Below the pieces are notes generated by a model. It worked only from the letters and a program-made list of their open reading frames with translations, did no database searches and was not told where the DNA came from. Positions 19,244-29,705 of a stretch of 64,000 bases of DNA are shown piece by piece (positions within the stretch are counted from its first letter, which is position 1; every line of letters begins with the position of its first letter). The stretch is from an uncultured Candidatus Saccharibacteria bacterium. GTDB taxonomy: Bacteria; Patescibacteriota; Minisyncoccia; UBA6257; 2-01-FULL-56-20. The translations under genes were made by a program, and so were the position numbers. Where the stretch lies: assembly GCA_964361595.1 (NCBI GenBank), contig CAYIAX010000004.1:615-64614 (forward strand), in the 5' to 3' direction.

Positions 19244-21141
19244 TGAATGTACGCAATTTTGTAATCATCGCGCATGTTGATCACGGAAAATCTACCTTAG
19301 CGGATAGGTTATTAGAGGCGACGGGGACTGTGGAGAGCCGGCGCATGCGGCCGCAGTATTTGGACCAGCTTGAACTTGAGCGCGAGCGGGGGATCACGAT
19401 TAAGATGGCCCCAGTCCGCATGGTTTATCATGCGGAATTTCGAAATTCGAATATCGAAACCCGAAACAAATTAAATTCGGATTTTGGATTTCGTGCTTCG
19501 GATTTATCAAATTCAGAATTCATTCTGAATTTGATCGATACACCTGGCCACTCCGATTTCTCTTACGAAGTTTCACGAGCGCTTGCGGCCGTGGAAGGCG
19601 CGGTGCTTTTGGTTGATGCCACGAAGGGCATCCAGGCTCAAACGCTTTCTAATCTGCGCGCGGCCAAAGCCGCGGGGCTTAAAATCATTGGCGCGGTAAA
19701 TAAGATAGATTTGAATTCACCGCATCTCGAAGATACCGTGCGGACGCTCGCCAGTCTCTTAGCTGTCCCGGAAAATGAAATTTTGCGAATTTCGGGAAAA
19801 ACCGGAGTAGGCGTGGAGGAACTTTTGAAAAAAATCGTCGAGGTGGTTCCGCCGCCCCAGCTTCCGCGCGGATCCGCCCTAGATCCGCAAGTATCCGTGC
19901 CCCCGAGGGCATTAATTTTTGATTCTCTTTACGACGACCATAAAGGCATTCTGGCTTACGTACGCGTTTACGACGGAGTTTTCCGTCCGGGCGAAGAGTT
20001 GGTGTTTTTGGCCGGCGCCGGCAAAACAAAAATAAAAGAAGTCGGTTATTTTGCGCCCGAACTGAAGCCCGTCAAAGAACTGCGCGCAGGCGATATCGGC
20101 TATATCGCGACCGGCTTAAAGGAGCCCGCGCTCGTAAAGATCGGGGATACCGTTATCGGATATCAGAAGTCGGAGATCAGACGTCCGATATCTGACATCC
20201 GAAATCTGGCTTTGCCCGGTTACCGCGAACCGGCACCGGTGGTTTTCATTTCACTTTATCCTGACGGCGAGACGAAATTTGAAGATTTGAAAAAAGCTTT
20301 GGAGCGGTTGCGGTTAACGGATGCGGCGCTGTCTTTTGAGCCCGACTCGAACGAAGCTTTGGGTCGCGGGCTTAAGGTGGGATTTTTAGGCCAGCTTCAT
20401 TTTGAGATCACTGCGACCCGATTGGAGCGCGAATTTAATCTAAGCTTCATCACGAGTTTCCCTTCGATCGCATATAAAGTGCGCGAACGCGGCAAAGAAT
20501 ATATTGTAACCGACGCTCACCAGTTTCCCGATGATCCCGACGAAGTGCTACAGCCGATGATTGATATCGAGATCATCACACCGCCGGTTTATCTGAATTC
20601 GATCGTAAATCTAAGCCAGGTTTTTGATCTCTCTGTAAAAGAAATTAGAACGATGGGTGAGCAAACCGTGGTTGCGGGCGTGATGCCCTTGATGGAGCTA
20701 ATCCGAGATTTTGACGATCAATTGAAATCCGTTTCGGCTGGCTACGCTTCGTTCAGTTATGAATTGGGAGAGTTGGCGCCGGCGGAAGTCGAAAAATTGG
20801 AAATTATAATCGCGAACGAAGTGGTACCGGCCTTGACCAGGATAATTTTCAAAAAAGAGGCCGAACGGGAAGGGCGGGCAACCGTGGAAAGGCTGAAGGA
20901 TCTTTTGCCCAAGCAGCAGTTCGCGCAGGCAGTCCAAGCGATGGTTAGGGGGCGGATCATTGCGCGCGAGACGATTCCTGCCATGCGTAAAGATGTGACA
21001 GGGTATCTTTACGGCGGCGACCGCTCGCGGAAGATGAAATTATGGAAAAAACAGAAGCGAGGCAAGGAAAAGCTCTTAGCTTCGGCTAAGGTAAGGGTCC
21101 CTGTGAATGTGTTTAAGGAAATCCTTAAGAAATCCAAATAG
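19243..21141 (+). CDS. lepA: Elongation factor 4 (LepA) with repeat-derived inserts
   Basis: IIAHVDHGKSTLADR, ERERGITIK, DTPGHSDFSYEV, YGGDRSRKMKL. Confidence 0.96.
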   Translation: MNVRNFVIIAHVDHGKSTLADRLLEATGTVESRRMRPQYLDQLELERERGITIKMAPVRMVYHAEFRNSNIETRNKLNSDFGFRASDLSNSEFILNLIDTPGHSDFSYEVSRALAAVEGAVLLVDATKGIQAQTLSNLRAAKAAGLKIIGAVNKIDLNSPHLEDTVRTLASLLAVPENEILRISGKTGVGVEELLKKIVEVVPPPQLPRGSALDPQVSVPPRALIFDSLYDDHKGILAYVRVYDGVFRPGEELVFLAGAGKTKIKEVGYFAPELKPVKELRAGDIGYIATGLKEPALVKIGDTVIGYQKSEIRRPISDIRNLALPGYREPAPVVFISLYPDGETKFEDLKKALERLRLTDAALSFEPDSNEALGRGLKVGFLGQLHFEITATRLEREFNLSFITSFPSIAYKVRERGKEYIVTDAHQFPDDPDEVLQPMIDIEIITPPVYLNSIVNLSQVFDLSVKEIRTMGEQTVVAGVMPLMELIRDFDDQLKSVSAGYASFSYELGELAPAEVEKLEIIIANEVVPALTRIIFKKEAEREGRATVERLKDLLPKQQFAQAVQAMVRGRIIARETIPAMRKDVTGYLYGGDRSRKMKLWKKQKRGKEKLLASAKVRVPVNVFKEILKKSK

Positions 21142-21224
21142 GGTTCGCGAATAATGAAAATTCGCATTATTTGCAAATATTCGCGTTATTCGCGATTACT
21201 CCTAAATTCATTTATCCTAAAGAG

Positions 21225-21506
21225 ATGAAGCCGGTGCTAACGGTTATTCTAGGATTATTCATGGCGTTTCTGCTTGTGCAGAATTATCTTTTTTGGCGCC
21301 GCGGCCGCGAGGCAGAAACAAAATTCGGAGAACTCCAGGCTGAACTTAAGACAACTAAGGAAGATTTCAATAACTTACGCGCGGAATACGAATATTTTTT
21401 GAATCCGGAAAATTTGGAGAAAGAGCTGCGGGCCAGGTTCAATTATAAGAGCGGCGGCGAAACCCTGATGATCCTTGTGCCCAAAACCGCTTCTTCCTCT
21501 CGTTAA
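21225..21506 (+). CDS. Septum formation initiator (FtsB/DivIC-like)
   Basis: TM, coiled coil, LEKELRARFNYKSGGE. Confidence 0.65.
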   Translation: MKPVLTVILGLFMAFLLVQNYLFWRRGREAETKFGELQAELKTTKEDFNNLRAEYEYFLNPENLEKELRARFNYKSGGETLMILVPKTASSSR

Positions 21507-22078
21507 TGCCGAACTTTGTATCAAAAAAGCGAGTTATGCTCGCAGCTGCACTCATCGCAATCCTAGCGGCGGTTTATCTCATTGCTGGCGGCTACTATCC
21601 GATCCTTACCGTAAACGGAACGATGGTGAGCGAACATAAGTTCCAGAAAAATTATGCGGCCGCTCTGCGCTATGCCAAAAATGCGCAGAAGACATACGAG
21701 CATGACGCCTCGCTTTCGATCCTGGATATAGAATCGCAAATATTGAACAGCTTGGTTGAAGCCGCGCTTATCGAACAAGCCTTGCGCAAGGAAGTTGGCG
21801 GCGATATGGAAATGCTCGTGGACAATAAACTCCAGAAATTCCGAGCCGAAGAAAATCAGAATTTCGCTAAAGCCGTGGAAACTCTTTATGGCTTAAGCGT
21901 CGAAGAATTCGAGGCCGAAGTTATGCGTCCGCAGGCGGAAAAGGATGTTTGGGAAGGAAGACTGTTTTTGCAGGGCGAAAAAATGGATATCTGGTTCGTG
22001 CAGGCGAAAGCGGCTGCGAGCGTCAATATATTCTCAAATAAATTCGAATGGAACGGCAAGGAGATCGTTAAAAAATAA
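21506..22078 (+). CDS. SurA N-terminal-domain-like membrane protein
   Basis: TM, VNGTMVS, ILNSLVEAALIEQ, YGLSVEEF. Confidence 0.6.
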   Translation: MPNFVSKKRVMLAAALIAILAAVYLIAGGYYPILTVNGTMVSEHKFQKNYAAALRYAKNAQKTYEHDASLSILDIESQILNSLVEAALIEQALRKEVGGDMEMLVDNKLQKFRAEENQNFAKAVETLYGLSVEEFEAEVMRPQAEKDVWEGRLFLQGEKMDIWFVQAKAAASVNIFSNKFEWNGKEIVKK

Positions 22079-22079
22079 A

Positions 22080-22760
22080 ATGCAAAAAGAAGAACTGTTA
22101 AAAGAACTCACACGTGACGGATATTTAAAGAGTGAGAATGTTAAAGCCGCGTTTTCGGCTATCGATCGGAAGGATTTTGTCGCTCCCGGTTTTGAAGCAG
22201 AGGCATACTTGAATGTGCCCCTGCCGATCGGTTTTGGCCAGACGATTTCACAGCCTTTGACCGTTGTTTTTATGCTGGAGCTTTTGGACCTAAAACCGGG
22301 CCAGAAAATTTTGGAAATCGGTTCGGGATCGGGTTGGCAGACCGCAATGCTTGCTTATCTTGTAAGCAAGCCGCGGACTGACGCGGACTTTACGCAGATC
22401 AACGCAGAAAATAATCAAGAAAAATCCGCAGGCAGAGTAATTGCCATCGAGCGGATTCCGGAACTTCTGCGGATGGGGGAGAGAAATGTCAGCAAATACA
22501 ATTATGTGAGCAAAGGCACGGTGAAATTTGTCGAGGGCGACGGCTCGAATGGTTATGCGGCTGATGCTCCCTATGACCGGATCATTGGCGCGGCGAGCGC
22601 GGATAAATTGCCGGAAGCTTGGCGCGAGCAGTTGGCCGTCGGCGGACGGATCGTTACGCCCATTCGACAAAGCGTAATCGCTTTTGATAAGCTTTCGGAG
22701 AAAGAATTTAAAGAGACGGAATATCCGGGCTTTATCTTCGTGCCGCTTGTTAAAGGCTAG
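22080..22760 (+). CDS. pcm: Protein-L-isoaspartate O-methyltransferase
   Basis: GQTISQP, ILEIGSGSGWQTA, APYDRI, FVPLV. Confidence 0.93.
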   Translation: MQKEELLKELTRDGYLKSENVKAAFSAIDRKDFVAPGFEAEAYLNVPLPIGFGQTISQPLTVVFMLELLDLKPGQKILEIGSGSGWQTAMLAYLVSKPRTDADFTQINAENNQEKSAGRVIAIERIPELLRMGERNVSKYNYVSKGTVKFVEGDGSNGYAADAPYDRIIGAASADKLPEAWREQLAVGGRIVTPIRQSVIAFDKLSEKEFKETEYPGFIFVPLVKG

Positions 22761-22828
22761 TAAGCAGTAATTAGTAAGTAGTAGGTGGTAGAAGCGAAGC
22801 GGGCTTGCCCGCCATAGCTTTAGCGAAG

Positions 22829-22899
22829 GCGGGTATGGTTCAGTGGTAGAACGCGACCTTCCCAAGGTTGAGACACGGGTTCAATTCCCGTTACCCGCT
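22829..22899 (+). tRNA. tRNA-Gly (CCC)
   Basis: Cloverleaf GCGGGTA/TACCCGC, anticodon arm CGACC-TTCCCAA-GGTTG, TTCAATT T-loop. Confidence 0.95.
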
Positions 22900-22980
22900 C
22901 TAAACACTTGCCAATTTGGCAATTCTCCACGTCTTGGTGAAATTTCACTCGACGGCTTGAATAAAAAAGAGGGAGACTAG

Positions 22981-23271
22981 TCACCCTCTTGTTATTGCGG
23001 TCGGGTCCGGTCGCGTAAGGGACTTCAGTATATACTCCCTTGCAGCAAACACGATCAGTACAAAAGCAGAGCTGACTGATACGACCGAGAAACCAAGAAA
23101 GACGAAGGCTGCCAAAAGGCGAGCCGATTCGCTCCTGGGTGAATCGCTCCATATAACGGCGGCGGTAATGGCGAGGCCGAGGAGTCCAACGAGCAGAATC
23201 ATGCCTACTGATAGAATCCGCTTATTAACCTCAGCGTCGCTCAGTGGGACAAGGTTGTTCTGTTGAGGCAT
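22981..23271 (-). CDS. Small two-TM membrane protein
   Basis: Two hydrophobic stretches; AAGGTGG SD; TTGACA upstream. Confidence 0.6.
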   Translation of the reverse strand: MPQQNNLVPLSDAEVNKRILSVGMILLVGLLGLAITAAVIWSDSPRSESARLLAAFVFLGFSVVSVSSAFVLIVFAAREYILKSLTRPDPTAITRG

Positions 23272-23490
23272 ATACACCACCTTCGCGTGAGCAGTAACTA
23301 GTTGATATTTAAGGTCATGCAGGATGAGTTGTCAACCGGAGTCGTTAAGAAGGTGGCTTGTAAGTAGCGTACGCCTTTGTTTAGACTATATTGATAAGGG
23401 CGTCCAAGTGGCGGAGATTGCCGATTATATCAATCAACTCTTGGTCATGCGCCTGCCATCGAGTTCGAACGTCCTTCAGAATGCTGCTCC

Positions 23491-23593
23491 ATGAATAAAT
23501 TTAAATCTCTAAAATGGCTGCTCCGGGCCGGGGCCATGTATTACCTTATCGGCGGCTTCGCCCACTTTTTTGGCTTAACAATTTTTCCCTGAA
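23491..23593 (+). pseudogene. Frameshifted remnant of a membrane protein gene
   Basis: MNKFKSLKWLLRAG then, after a frameshift, AMYYLIGGFAHFFGLTIFP*. Confidence 0.35.
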
Positions 23594-23911
23594 CATAGTT
23601 GCAGGGTTTCCGAAGGGACTTTTTTTCTTGCTTTTAACTTGGCGAGCATCTCCCCTCTTGTTCGGTCTCATTCGTACGAATGGTTCCATAAAGAATAGCT
23701 AAAAATCAGCTAGATATAATTTACTAGTGGATTCTATATCGCGGTCTTTGTATTAATCTACTTGCTTGGCCCCTGTCTGCTCGTTTCGTTTGAGCTCCAG
23801 TGAACTGGCCGGGCAGGCGAATATACCAACTTTCGTATATTCGCAGTAAATTCGTATTTCGTAGCACACGTATTGCTACCTTGGCCAGTTTTGATTTACT
23901 ATCTATAAGCA

Positions 23912-25606
23912 ATGTCTTCCTCTCCAGCCGAGCTTGTCAAAGAAAAGCTCGATATTGTTGATGTCTTAAAGGGATATCTTACCCTTACCCCTGCCGGCAA
24001 AAACTGGAAAGCCCGGTGTCCTTTTCATAATGAAAAAACGCCGTCCTTCATGGTTTCGCCGGAGCGGCAAACCTGGCATTGCTTCGGCTGCGCCTTAGGC
24101 GGGGATTTATTCTCGTTCGTCATGCGGCATGAGAATATCGAGTTCGGCGAGGCCTTGAAGATTTTAGCCGAGAAGGCCGGCGTGGAGCTGAAGCGATTGA
24201 ATCCGACCGAATATAAATTTATGGGCCTGCTCTACGATTTACAGACTGCGGCCAAAGAATTTTTCGTCCAGCAGTTAAAGCAGTCTGAACCTGCGCAGGC
24301 GTATTTGAAAGAGCGTGGATTGAGCAAAGAAACGATTGAAGAGTTCGAAATTGGCTGGGCGCCAAATGCAAGCGATGCTTTGACCGTGCATTTCATGAAG
24401 GGCGGCTACAACCCCGCCGATCTCATCCGTGCGGGCTTGGTTTTCAAAACCGAACGCGGTATGCAGCTCGACCGTTTCCGCGGCCGGATCATGTTTCCGA
24501 TTCATAATCATTTGGGCAAGGTGGTCGGCTTCACCGGCAGGATTCTGCCGAAGCTCGATACCGGCACTTCCGGTAAATATGTGAATAGCCCGGAAACGCC
24601 GATCTTCAACAAATCCAAACTGCTTTACGGTTTTTGGAAAGCCAAGAATAATATCCGTGAAACCGGCAACGTATTTTTAGTCGAGGGCCAGACGGACATG
24701 CTCTTAAGCTGGCAAGCGGGCGTGAAGTACGCGGTCGCGAGTTCGGGGACGGCGCTGACGCAGGATCACCTGCGCATGCTCCGGCGGCTTACGGAGCGCA
24801 TAGTGGTGAGTTTCGATACGGACGAAGCCGGTTTGGCCGCGGGGGAACGAGCGATCGAGTTGGCGGAAGCGAACGACTTTGAGGTAAAGGTGGCGACCTT
24901 TGCGCCGGCCAAGGATCCGGCGGAAGCCGCGCAGGCCGACCCGCAAAAGTTTTTAGCCGCGGTAAGCGAGGCAAAACCGGCGCCGGAATTTTATTTTGCG
25001 AAATATTTGGATGGAGTTGAAGTTAAGCCACTCGAGCGCGCGTTTCTGATCCGCCTGCGGGCCGTGCTTGCGAAGCTCGCCGGTATTGGCAGTCCCATAG
25101 TCCAGGGCCACTGGCTCAAGGAGCTAGCGAAGCGGACCGGCATCGAAGAAAAACTTTTAATCGAGGAAATCGGGAAGCTGAATATGAAGAAATCCGAACC
25201 GGCAGCCTATGAAGTTTTGCCCGTTCCCGACCGCAAGGATTTCAACCGCTGGGAACTTTTAAGCCAGGAACTACTTTCCGCCGCGGTCGCACAAAACGAT
25301 TTCGGCCTCGTGGGCGAAGCGGAAGCATATCTTACTTCTGCCTGCCGGGAAATCTTTTTGATTCTCAAGAGCGGCGCGCGGACCGCATTAGATCCAGAGC
25401 TTGATGAACGCATCAATTTGATCGTCCTGCGCTCGGCGGACTTAAACCTGGAAGAACTGAAGGAAGTCAAGGAATATTTATACCGCGAGTTTCTGCGCGA
25501 GCGGCGCCGTCTCTTAACACAAACGGTAAAACAAGCTGAAGCCGCGGGGGATGAAGCCGCGCTGGAATCGGCCTTAAAAGAGTTTGGCAACTTGCCTGTC
25601 ATCTGA
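23912..25606 (+). CDS. dnaG: DNA primase
   Basis: [11 protein letters not shown] zinc finger, [17 protein letters not shown]...FDTDEAG. Confidence 0.96.
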   Translation: MSSSPAELVKEKLDIVDVLKGYLTLTPAGKNWKARCPFHNEKTPSFMVSPERQTWHCFGCALGGDLFSFVMRHENIEFGEALKILAEKAGVELKRLNPTEYKFMGLLYDLQTAAKEFFVQQLKQSEPAQAYLKERGLSKETIEEFEIGWAPNASDALTVHFMKGGYNPADLIRAGLVFKTERGMQLDRFRGRIMFPIHNHLGKVVGFTGRILPKLDTGTSGKYVNSPETPIFNKSKLLYGFWKAKNNIRETGNVFLVEGQTDMLLSWQAGVKYAVASSGTALTQDHLRMLRRLTERIVVSFDTDEAGLAAGERAIELAEANDFEVKVATFAPAKDPAEAAQADPQKFLAAVSEAKPAPEFYFAKYLDGVEVKPLERAFLIRLRAVLAKLAGIGSPIVQGHWLKELAKRTGIEEKLLIEEIGKLNMKKSEPAAYEVLPVPDRKDFNRWELLSQELLSAAVAQNDFGLVGEAEAYLTSACREIFLILKSGARTALDPELDERINLIVLRSADLNLEELKEVKEYLYREFLRERRRLLTQTVKQAEAAGDEAALESALKEFGNLPVI

Positions 25607-25607
25607 C

Positions 25608-26792
25608 ATGAAAAAGAAGAAACAGCGCAAGCACATGCAGGCCAAAAAACGCGCCCAAGAGCGCGTAATTCGCCTTAGAGCCAAAAAACGGGCCGAAAAA
25701 TTAATGAAGGTGAAATTGGAAGATAAGTCCCTCGAGGAGCTGATCGAGCGGGGCAAGCCGCGCGGTTTTGTGACCGACAATGAAATTCTCTATTACTTCC
25801 CCAATGTCGAGAACGACTTGAAGTTTTTGGAGAAAATTTACGACCGTCTAGAGAAGGAGAATATCAAAGTCATTGAAACCGGCGGCCTCATTGATATCGG
25901 CAAAGAAGAACCCTCGGATTCGGAGTTGGAGAGTTCGCTGGAGTTCGACCGCGGTACGCCGGATGCGGTCCAGATGTATCTGCGCGAAATCGGCAAAACG
26001 GCGCTCTTAACCAAGCAGGAAGAGCGCGATTTGGCCAAACGCCTGGAGCAGGGCGATGAAGAGGCTCGCCAGCGGCTGATGAAAGCCAACCTGCGGCTTG
26101 TGGTTTCAATCGCCAAGCGGTATGCGAACCGCACGCCCAATCTTTCCATCCTCGATCTCATCCAGGAGGGGAATATCGGGCTTTCCCGCGCCGTCGAGAA
26201 ATTCGACTACAAAAAAGGATTCAAGTTTTCGACCTACGCCACCTGGTGGATCAGGCAGGCGATTACGCGGGCCTTGGCTGACCAGTCGCGGACTATCCGC
26301 ATTCCCGTCCATATGGTGGAGACGATCTCGAAGTACGCCCAGACGCGTCGCCAGATGATCCAGGAATTAGGCCGCGAGCCGCTGCCGGAAGAAATTGCCG
26401 CGGAAATGGGCCTGGAAGTGGAAAAGGTGCTTCACATCCAGAAAATTTCGCAGGAAGTTTTGTCGATTGAAGCGCCGGTGGGCGACGAGGAAGATTCCAC
26501 TTTGTCCGATTTTATTCCGGACGAGAAGAGCAACACGCCGGCCCAGCTCGCCGCCCGCGCCCTCTTAAGGGATTTAATCCGCGAAATCATGGTGGATTTG
26601 ACCGAACGCGAACGGAAAATTTTGGCCATGCGCTTCGGGCTTGAAGACGGCGTCTCGCATACCCTGGAGGAAGTCGGCAAAGTTTCGGGCGTTACCCGTG
26701 AGCGCATCCGCCAGATTGAAGCCAAGGCGCTCGAGAAAATCCGCGAGCACCACAAAGCGAAAGCTTTGGAGGGTTTTGAGAACCTCACATAA
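25608..26792 (+). CDS. rpoD: Primary sigma factor RpoD/SigA
   Basis: [37 protein letters not shown]. Confidence 0.96.
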   Translation: MKKKKQRKHMQAKKRAQERVIRLRAKKRAEKLMKVKLEDKSLEELIERGKPRGFVTDNEILYYFPNVENDLKFLEKIYDRLEKENIKVIETGGLIDIGKEEPSDSELESSLEFDRGTPDAVQMYLREIGKTALLTKQEERDLAKRLEQGDEEARQRLMKANLRLVVSIAKRYANRTPNLSILDLIQEGNIGLSRAVEKFDYKKGFKFSTYATWWIRQAITRALADQSRTIRIPVHMVETISKYAQTRRQMIQELGREPLPEEIAAEMGLEVEKVLHIQKISQEVLSIEAPVGDEEDSTLSDFIPDEKSNTPAQLAARALLRDLIREIMVDLTERERKILAMRFGLEDGVSHTLEEVGKVSGVTRERIRQIEAKALEKIREHHKAKALEGFENLT

Positions 26793-26853
26793 ATTTCTCG
26801 CTAATTCTTTTTTATTGAGAACTCCGTCGAGAACTCCGAAAAACTTCGCCTTG

Positions 26854-26885
26854 TTATTAAATCCAACGATCGTACGATATAATAA
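26854..26885. promoter_or_regulatory. 32-bp dyad, copy 1 (upstream of PaaX-like gene)
   Basis: TTATTAAATCCAACGATCGTACGATATAATAA, contains TATAAT. Confidence 0.6.
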
Positions 26886-26919
26886 AAGTAATGTGTACAG
26901 CAGAAAAGGGCCTAGAAAT

Positions 26920-27513
26920 ATGAAGGGAAGCTTCACGCTTAAGCTATTAGAAATTATTGCGGGTACGACAGAGGATGTCGCCGATGTATTCGAAGCATTT
27001 CTTAGCGCTGGTTACGGCGCCTCGCAGGGAAAAATTTCGCACGAGATTTCAAAAATTCAAAACAGGCGCGAACGGGAAAAAAGAGAACGCGAAGAATACC
27101 TGCGTCATTATCGCAGGTATTATAATCTTATCAGCTGGCTACAGCGCGATGGACTAATTGAGAAGCAAAAAGAAAATAATAAGAGCTTCGTTCTTACCGC
27201 GAAAGGGAAAAAGAAATTATCTATCTTGCGAAAGCAAGTTCAAATAGCCCTGCCGGAAAGTTGTTACGAAACGAAAGCAAATACTCAATTTGTTATCGTT
27301 GCATTCAATATTCCCGAGTCCGAACACCGAAAGCGAGCATGGTTGCGCAATGCATTAAAACATATGGGATTTACCATGCTCCAAAAGAGTGTATGGGGCG
27401 GGAAAGTGTTAGTTCCAAAAGCATTCCTCGATGATCTCCTTCGACTGCGATTAGTTGATTTCGTGGAAATTTTTGAAATTACCCGCTCTGGAAGCTTGCG
27501 TCACCTTGCATAA
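26920..27513 (+). CDS. PaaX-like regulator (wHTH plus Cas2-like domain)
   Basis: LQRDGLIEK...LTAKG, FNIPE..R.WLR..L...GF.MLQKSVW. Confidence 0.8.
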   Translation: MKGSFTLKLLEIIAGTTEDVADVFEAFLSAGYGASQGKISHEISKIQNRREREKREREEYLRHYRRYYNLISWLQRDGLIEKQKENNKSFVLTAKGKKKLSILRKQVQIALPESCYETKANTQFVIVAFNIPESEHRKRAWLRNALKHMGFTMLQKSVWGGKVLVPKAFLDDLLRLRLVDFVEIFEITRSGSLRHLA

Positions 27514-27566
27514 CTTATCCAACCAGCCTTTCCAGCGCGGGTATCCTATTAACTTTGCGTTCTCAA

Positions 27567-27598
27567 TTATTATATTCTACGATCGGAGGATATAATAA
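27567..27598. promoter_or_regulatory. 32-bp dyad, copy 2 (downstream of PaaX-like gene)
   Basis: TTATTATATTCTACGATCGGAGGATATAATAA, 27/32 identical to copy 1. Confidence 0.6.
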
Positions 27599-27670
27599 TT
27601 ACCCGTTTTCTCTGGGAAATTTAGGAAATTTTTGAGATAATTGCTATGATAAGAAAAATCAGATATTAAT

Positions 27671-29491
27671 ATGAGTTCTTCTGAAATTCGTAAAATTTTT
27701 TTGGAATTTTTTAAAGCGCGCGGGCATGCAATTATTCCTTCAGCTTCGTTAGTTCCCGAGAACGACCCGACGACTCTTTTTACGGGTTCGGGTATGCAAC
27801 CTCTTATACTTTATCTTTTAGGCGCGCCGCATCCTTTGGGCAAACGTTTGGCTAATTCACAAAAAAGTTTTCGCACGGAAGACATAGATGAAGTAGGTGA
27901 TAACCGCCACACCACGTTTTTCGAGATGCTCGGAAATTGGTCGTTAGGATCCTATTGGAAAGAAGAGCAGCTTCCGTGGTTTTTAGAATTTTTAACCAAG
28001 GAAGTTGGAATTCCTAAGAATAAATTATGGGTTACGTGTTTTGCAGGCGATAAAAATTTGAATTTACCTCCTGACAATGAATCCGCGGAGATCTGGAAGA
28101 AAATAGGAATTCCTGAAGAAAGGATATGCTTTTATGATGCAAGAAAAAATTGGTGGAGCCGTTCCGGTCCGCCCTCCACGATGCCGGTAGGCGAGCCAGG
28201 CGGGCCCGACTCCGAGGTGTTTTATGAATTTACTGCAATTCAACATAATCCTAAATTCGGTGAAAAATGCCACCCAAATTGCGATTGCGGCAGATTTATG
28301 GAGATTGGTAATTCGGTGTTTATGGAATATAAGAAAACCGAATCAGGTTTTGAAAATTTGACCCAGCGGAATGTGGATTTCGGCGGTGGATTGGAAAGAA
28401 TTACGGCGGCGTCGAACGATGAGCCGGATATTTTTAAGATTGATGTATTTGTCGAGATGGAAAAAGCTTTTCCGCAAATTAAGGAAAACGACTTCGGTAA
28501 AAAACGTATTGTTTTAGATCACTTACGGGCTTCGGCTTTTCTAATTTTGGATAGTGTCAGGCCGTCGAATAAAGAAAAGGGATATGTGCTTCGCCGTTTG
28601 CTCCGGCGGGCAGCCTTGAGCGCGCGCAGTATTTTTGGCGCTCAAAAAAATGATTCATGGTTACTGAAAGTTCTTGAGTTTTTGGCTAAACCGTACGCAC
28701 AAGCTTACCCCGAATTGGGAAGCAGAATCATGGATATTGCAGTTATCATAATCGCCGAATTCTCGAAATTCGAGCAAACCCTGGACTTGGGTCTGCGCGA
28801 ATTCAATAAACTGATTCAAAAAGGGAATGTTTCCGGAAAAGACGCTTTCATACTTTTTTCTACATACGGTTTTCCATACGAAATGACATTTGAGTTGGCA
28901 AGGGAACACGGCGTTTCAGTGAGCAACGAAGAATTCATAGAAGAAATGAAAAAACATCAAGAAATCTCAAGCACCGCCTCGGCCGGCATATTCAAGGGCG
29001 GACTGGCCGACACGTCGGAGAAAACAACACAACTGCACACGGCGCATCATTTGCTCTTGAAAGCCCTGCAAATTGTTTTAGGCCCGCAGGTGAAGCAGAG
29101 AGGAAGCAATATTACGCAGGAGCGTCTGCGCCTAGATTTTCTGCACGGCGAGAAATTAACCGAGGAACAGAAAAAAGAAGTTGAGCGGATTGTGAATGAA
29201 AAAATTGCGGAAGATTTGCCGGTTATAAGGAGTGAGCTGGCGCGCGAAGAAGCGGAGAAGCTGGGCGCGGAGATGGAATTCGGGCAAAAATATCCGGAGC
29301 GGGTTTCTGTTTATTCGGTGGGTCCTAAAACGGCGACGCCAGAAAATCCTCAATTTAAAGAGGCATATTCCATCGAATTTTGCGGCGGGCCGCATGTTGC
29401 GCATACGGGAGAGATCAAAGGCAAGTTTAGCGTAGCAAAAGAAGAGGCCGTGGGCGCGGGCGTGCGCCGGATCCGCGGCATTCTCGAATAA
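27671..29491 (+). CDS. alaS: Alanyl-tRNA synthetase (short form lacking C-Ala domain)
   Basis: HTTFFEMLGNWS, DFGGGLER, HTAHHLL, EFCGGPHV. Confidence 0.95.
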   Translation: MSSSEIRKIFLEFFKARGHAIIPSASLVPENDPTTLFTGSGMQPLILYLLGAPHPLGKRLANSQKSFRTEDIDEVGDNRHTTFFEMLGNWSLGSYWKEEQLPWFLEFLTKEVGIPKNKLWVTCFAGDKNLNLPPDNESAEIWKKIGIPEERICFYDARKNWWSRSGPPSTMPVGEPGGPDSEVFYEFTAIQHNPKFGEKCHPNCDCGRFMEIGNSVFMEYKKTESGFENLTQRNVDFGGGLERITAASNDEPDIFKIDVFVEMEKAFPQIKENDFGKKRIVLDHLRASAFLILDSVRPSNKEKGYVLRRLLRRAALSARSIFGAQKNDSWLLKVLEFLAKPYAQAYPELGSRIMDIAVIIIAEFSKFEQTLDLGLREFNKLIQKGNVSGKDAFILFSTYGFPYEMTFELAREHGVSVSNEEFIEEMKKHQEISSTASAGIFKGGLADTSEKTTQLHTAHHLLLKALQIVLGPQVKQRGSNITQERLRLDFLHGEKLTEEQKKEVERIVNEKIAEDLPVIRSELAREEAEKLGAEMEFGQKYPERVSVYSVGPKTATPENPQFKEAYSIEFCGGPHVAHTGEIKGKFSVAKEEAVGAGVRRIRGILE

Positions 29492-29494
29492 TCT

Positions 29495-29680
29495 GGTGGA
29501 GCCCCACGGGCTTATCCAGCCTCCGTAGCCGTAGGCTACTACGGCGGAGGAGGCCGCCCGTGGCACCACTCCACACGCTTCGTCGGGCGGAACCCTCCGA
29601 AGCGTATCCTCCTTCGCTCTCCGAGCTACGGAGGATACCCTCATTCATTCCCGCCTTTACAGACGGGGCTTTCTCCGCTT
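29495..29680. mobile_element. Non-coding palindrome cluster resembling IS200/IS605-type ends, with nested GC hairpins
   Basis: CCCACGGGC...GCCCGTGG and ATTCATTCCCGCCTTTACAGACGGGGCTTTCT hairpins; no transposase. Confidence 0.45.
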
Positions 29681-29705
29681 CGCGGAGGAGGGTAGAATAA
29701 GAAAG

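Noticed and set aside
26920-27513. Cas2 / CRISPR-Cas locus
   Set aside because: Cas2-like domain is fused to a wHTH (PaaX type); no cas1 or array nearby
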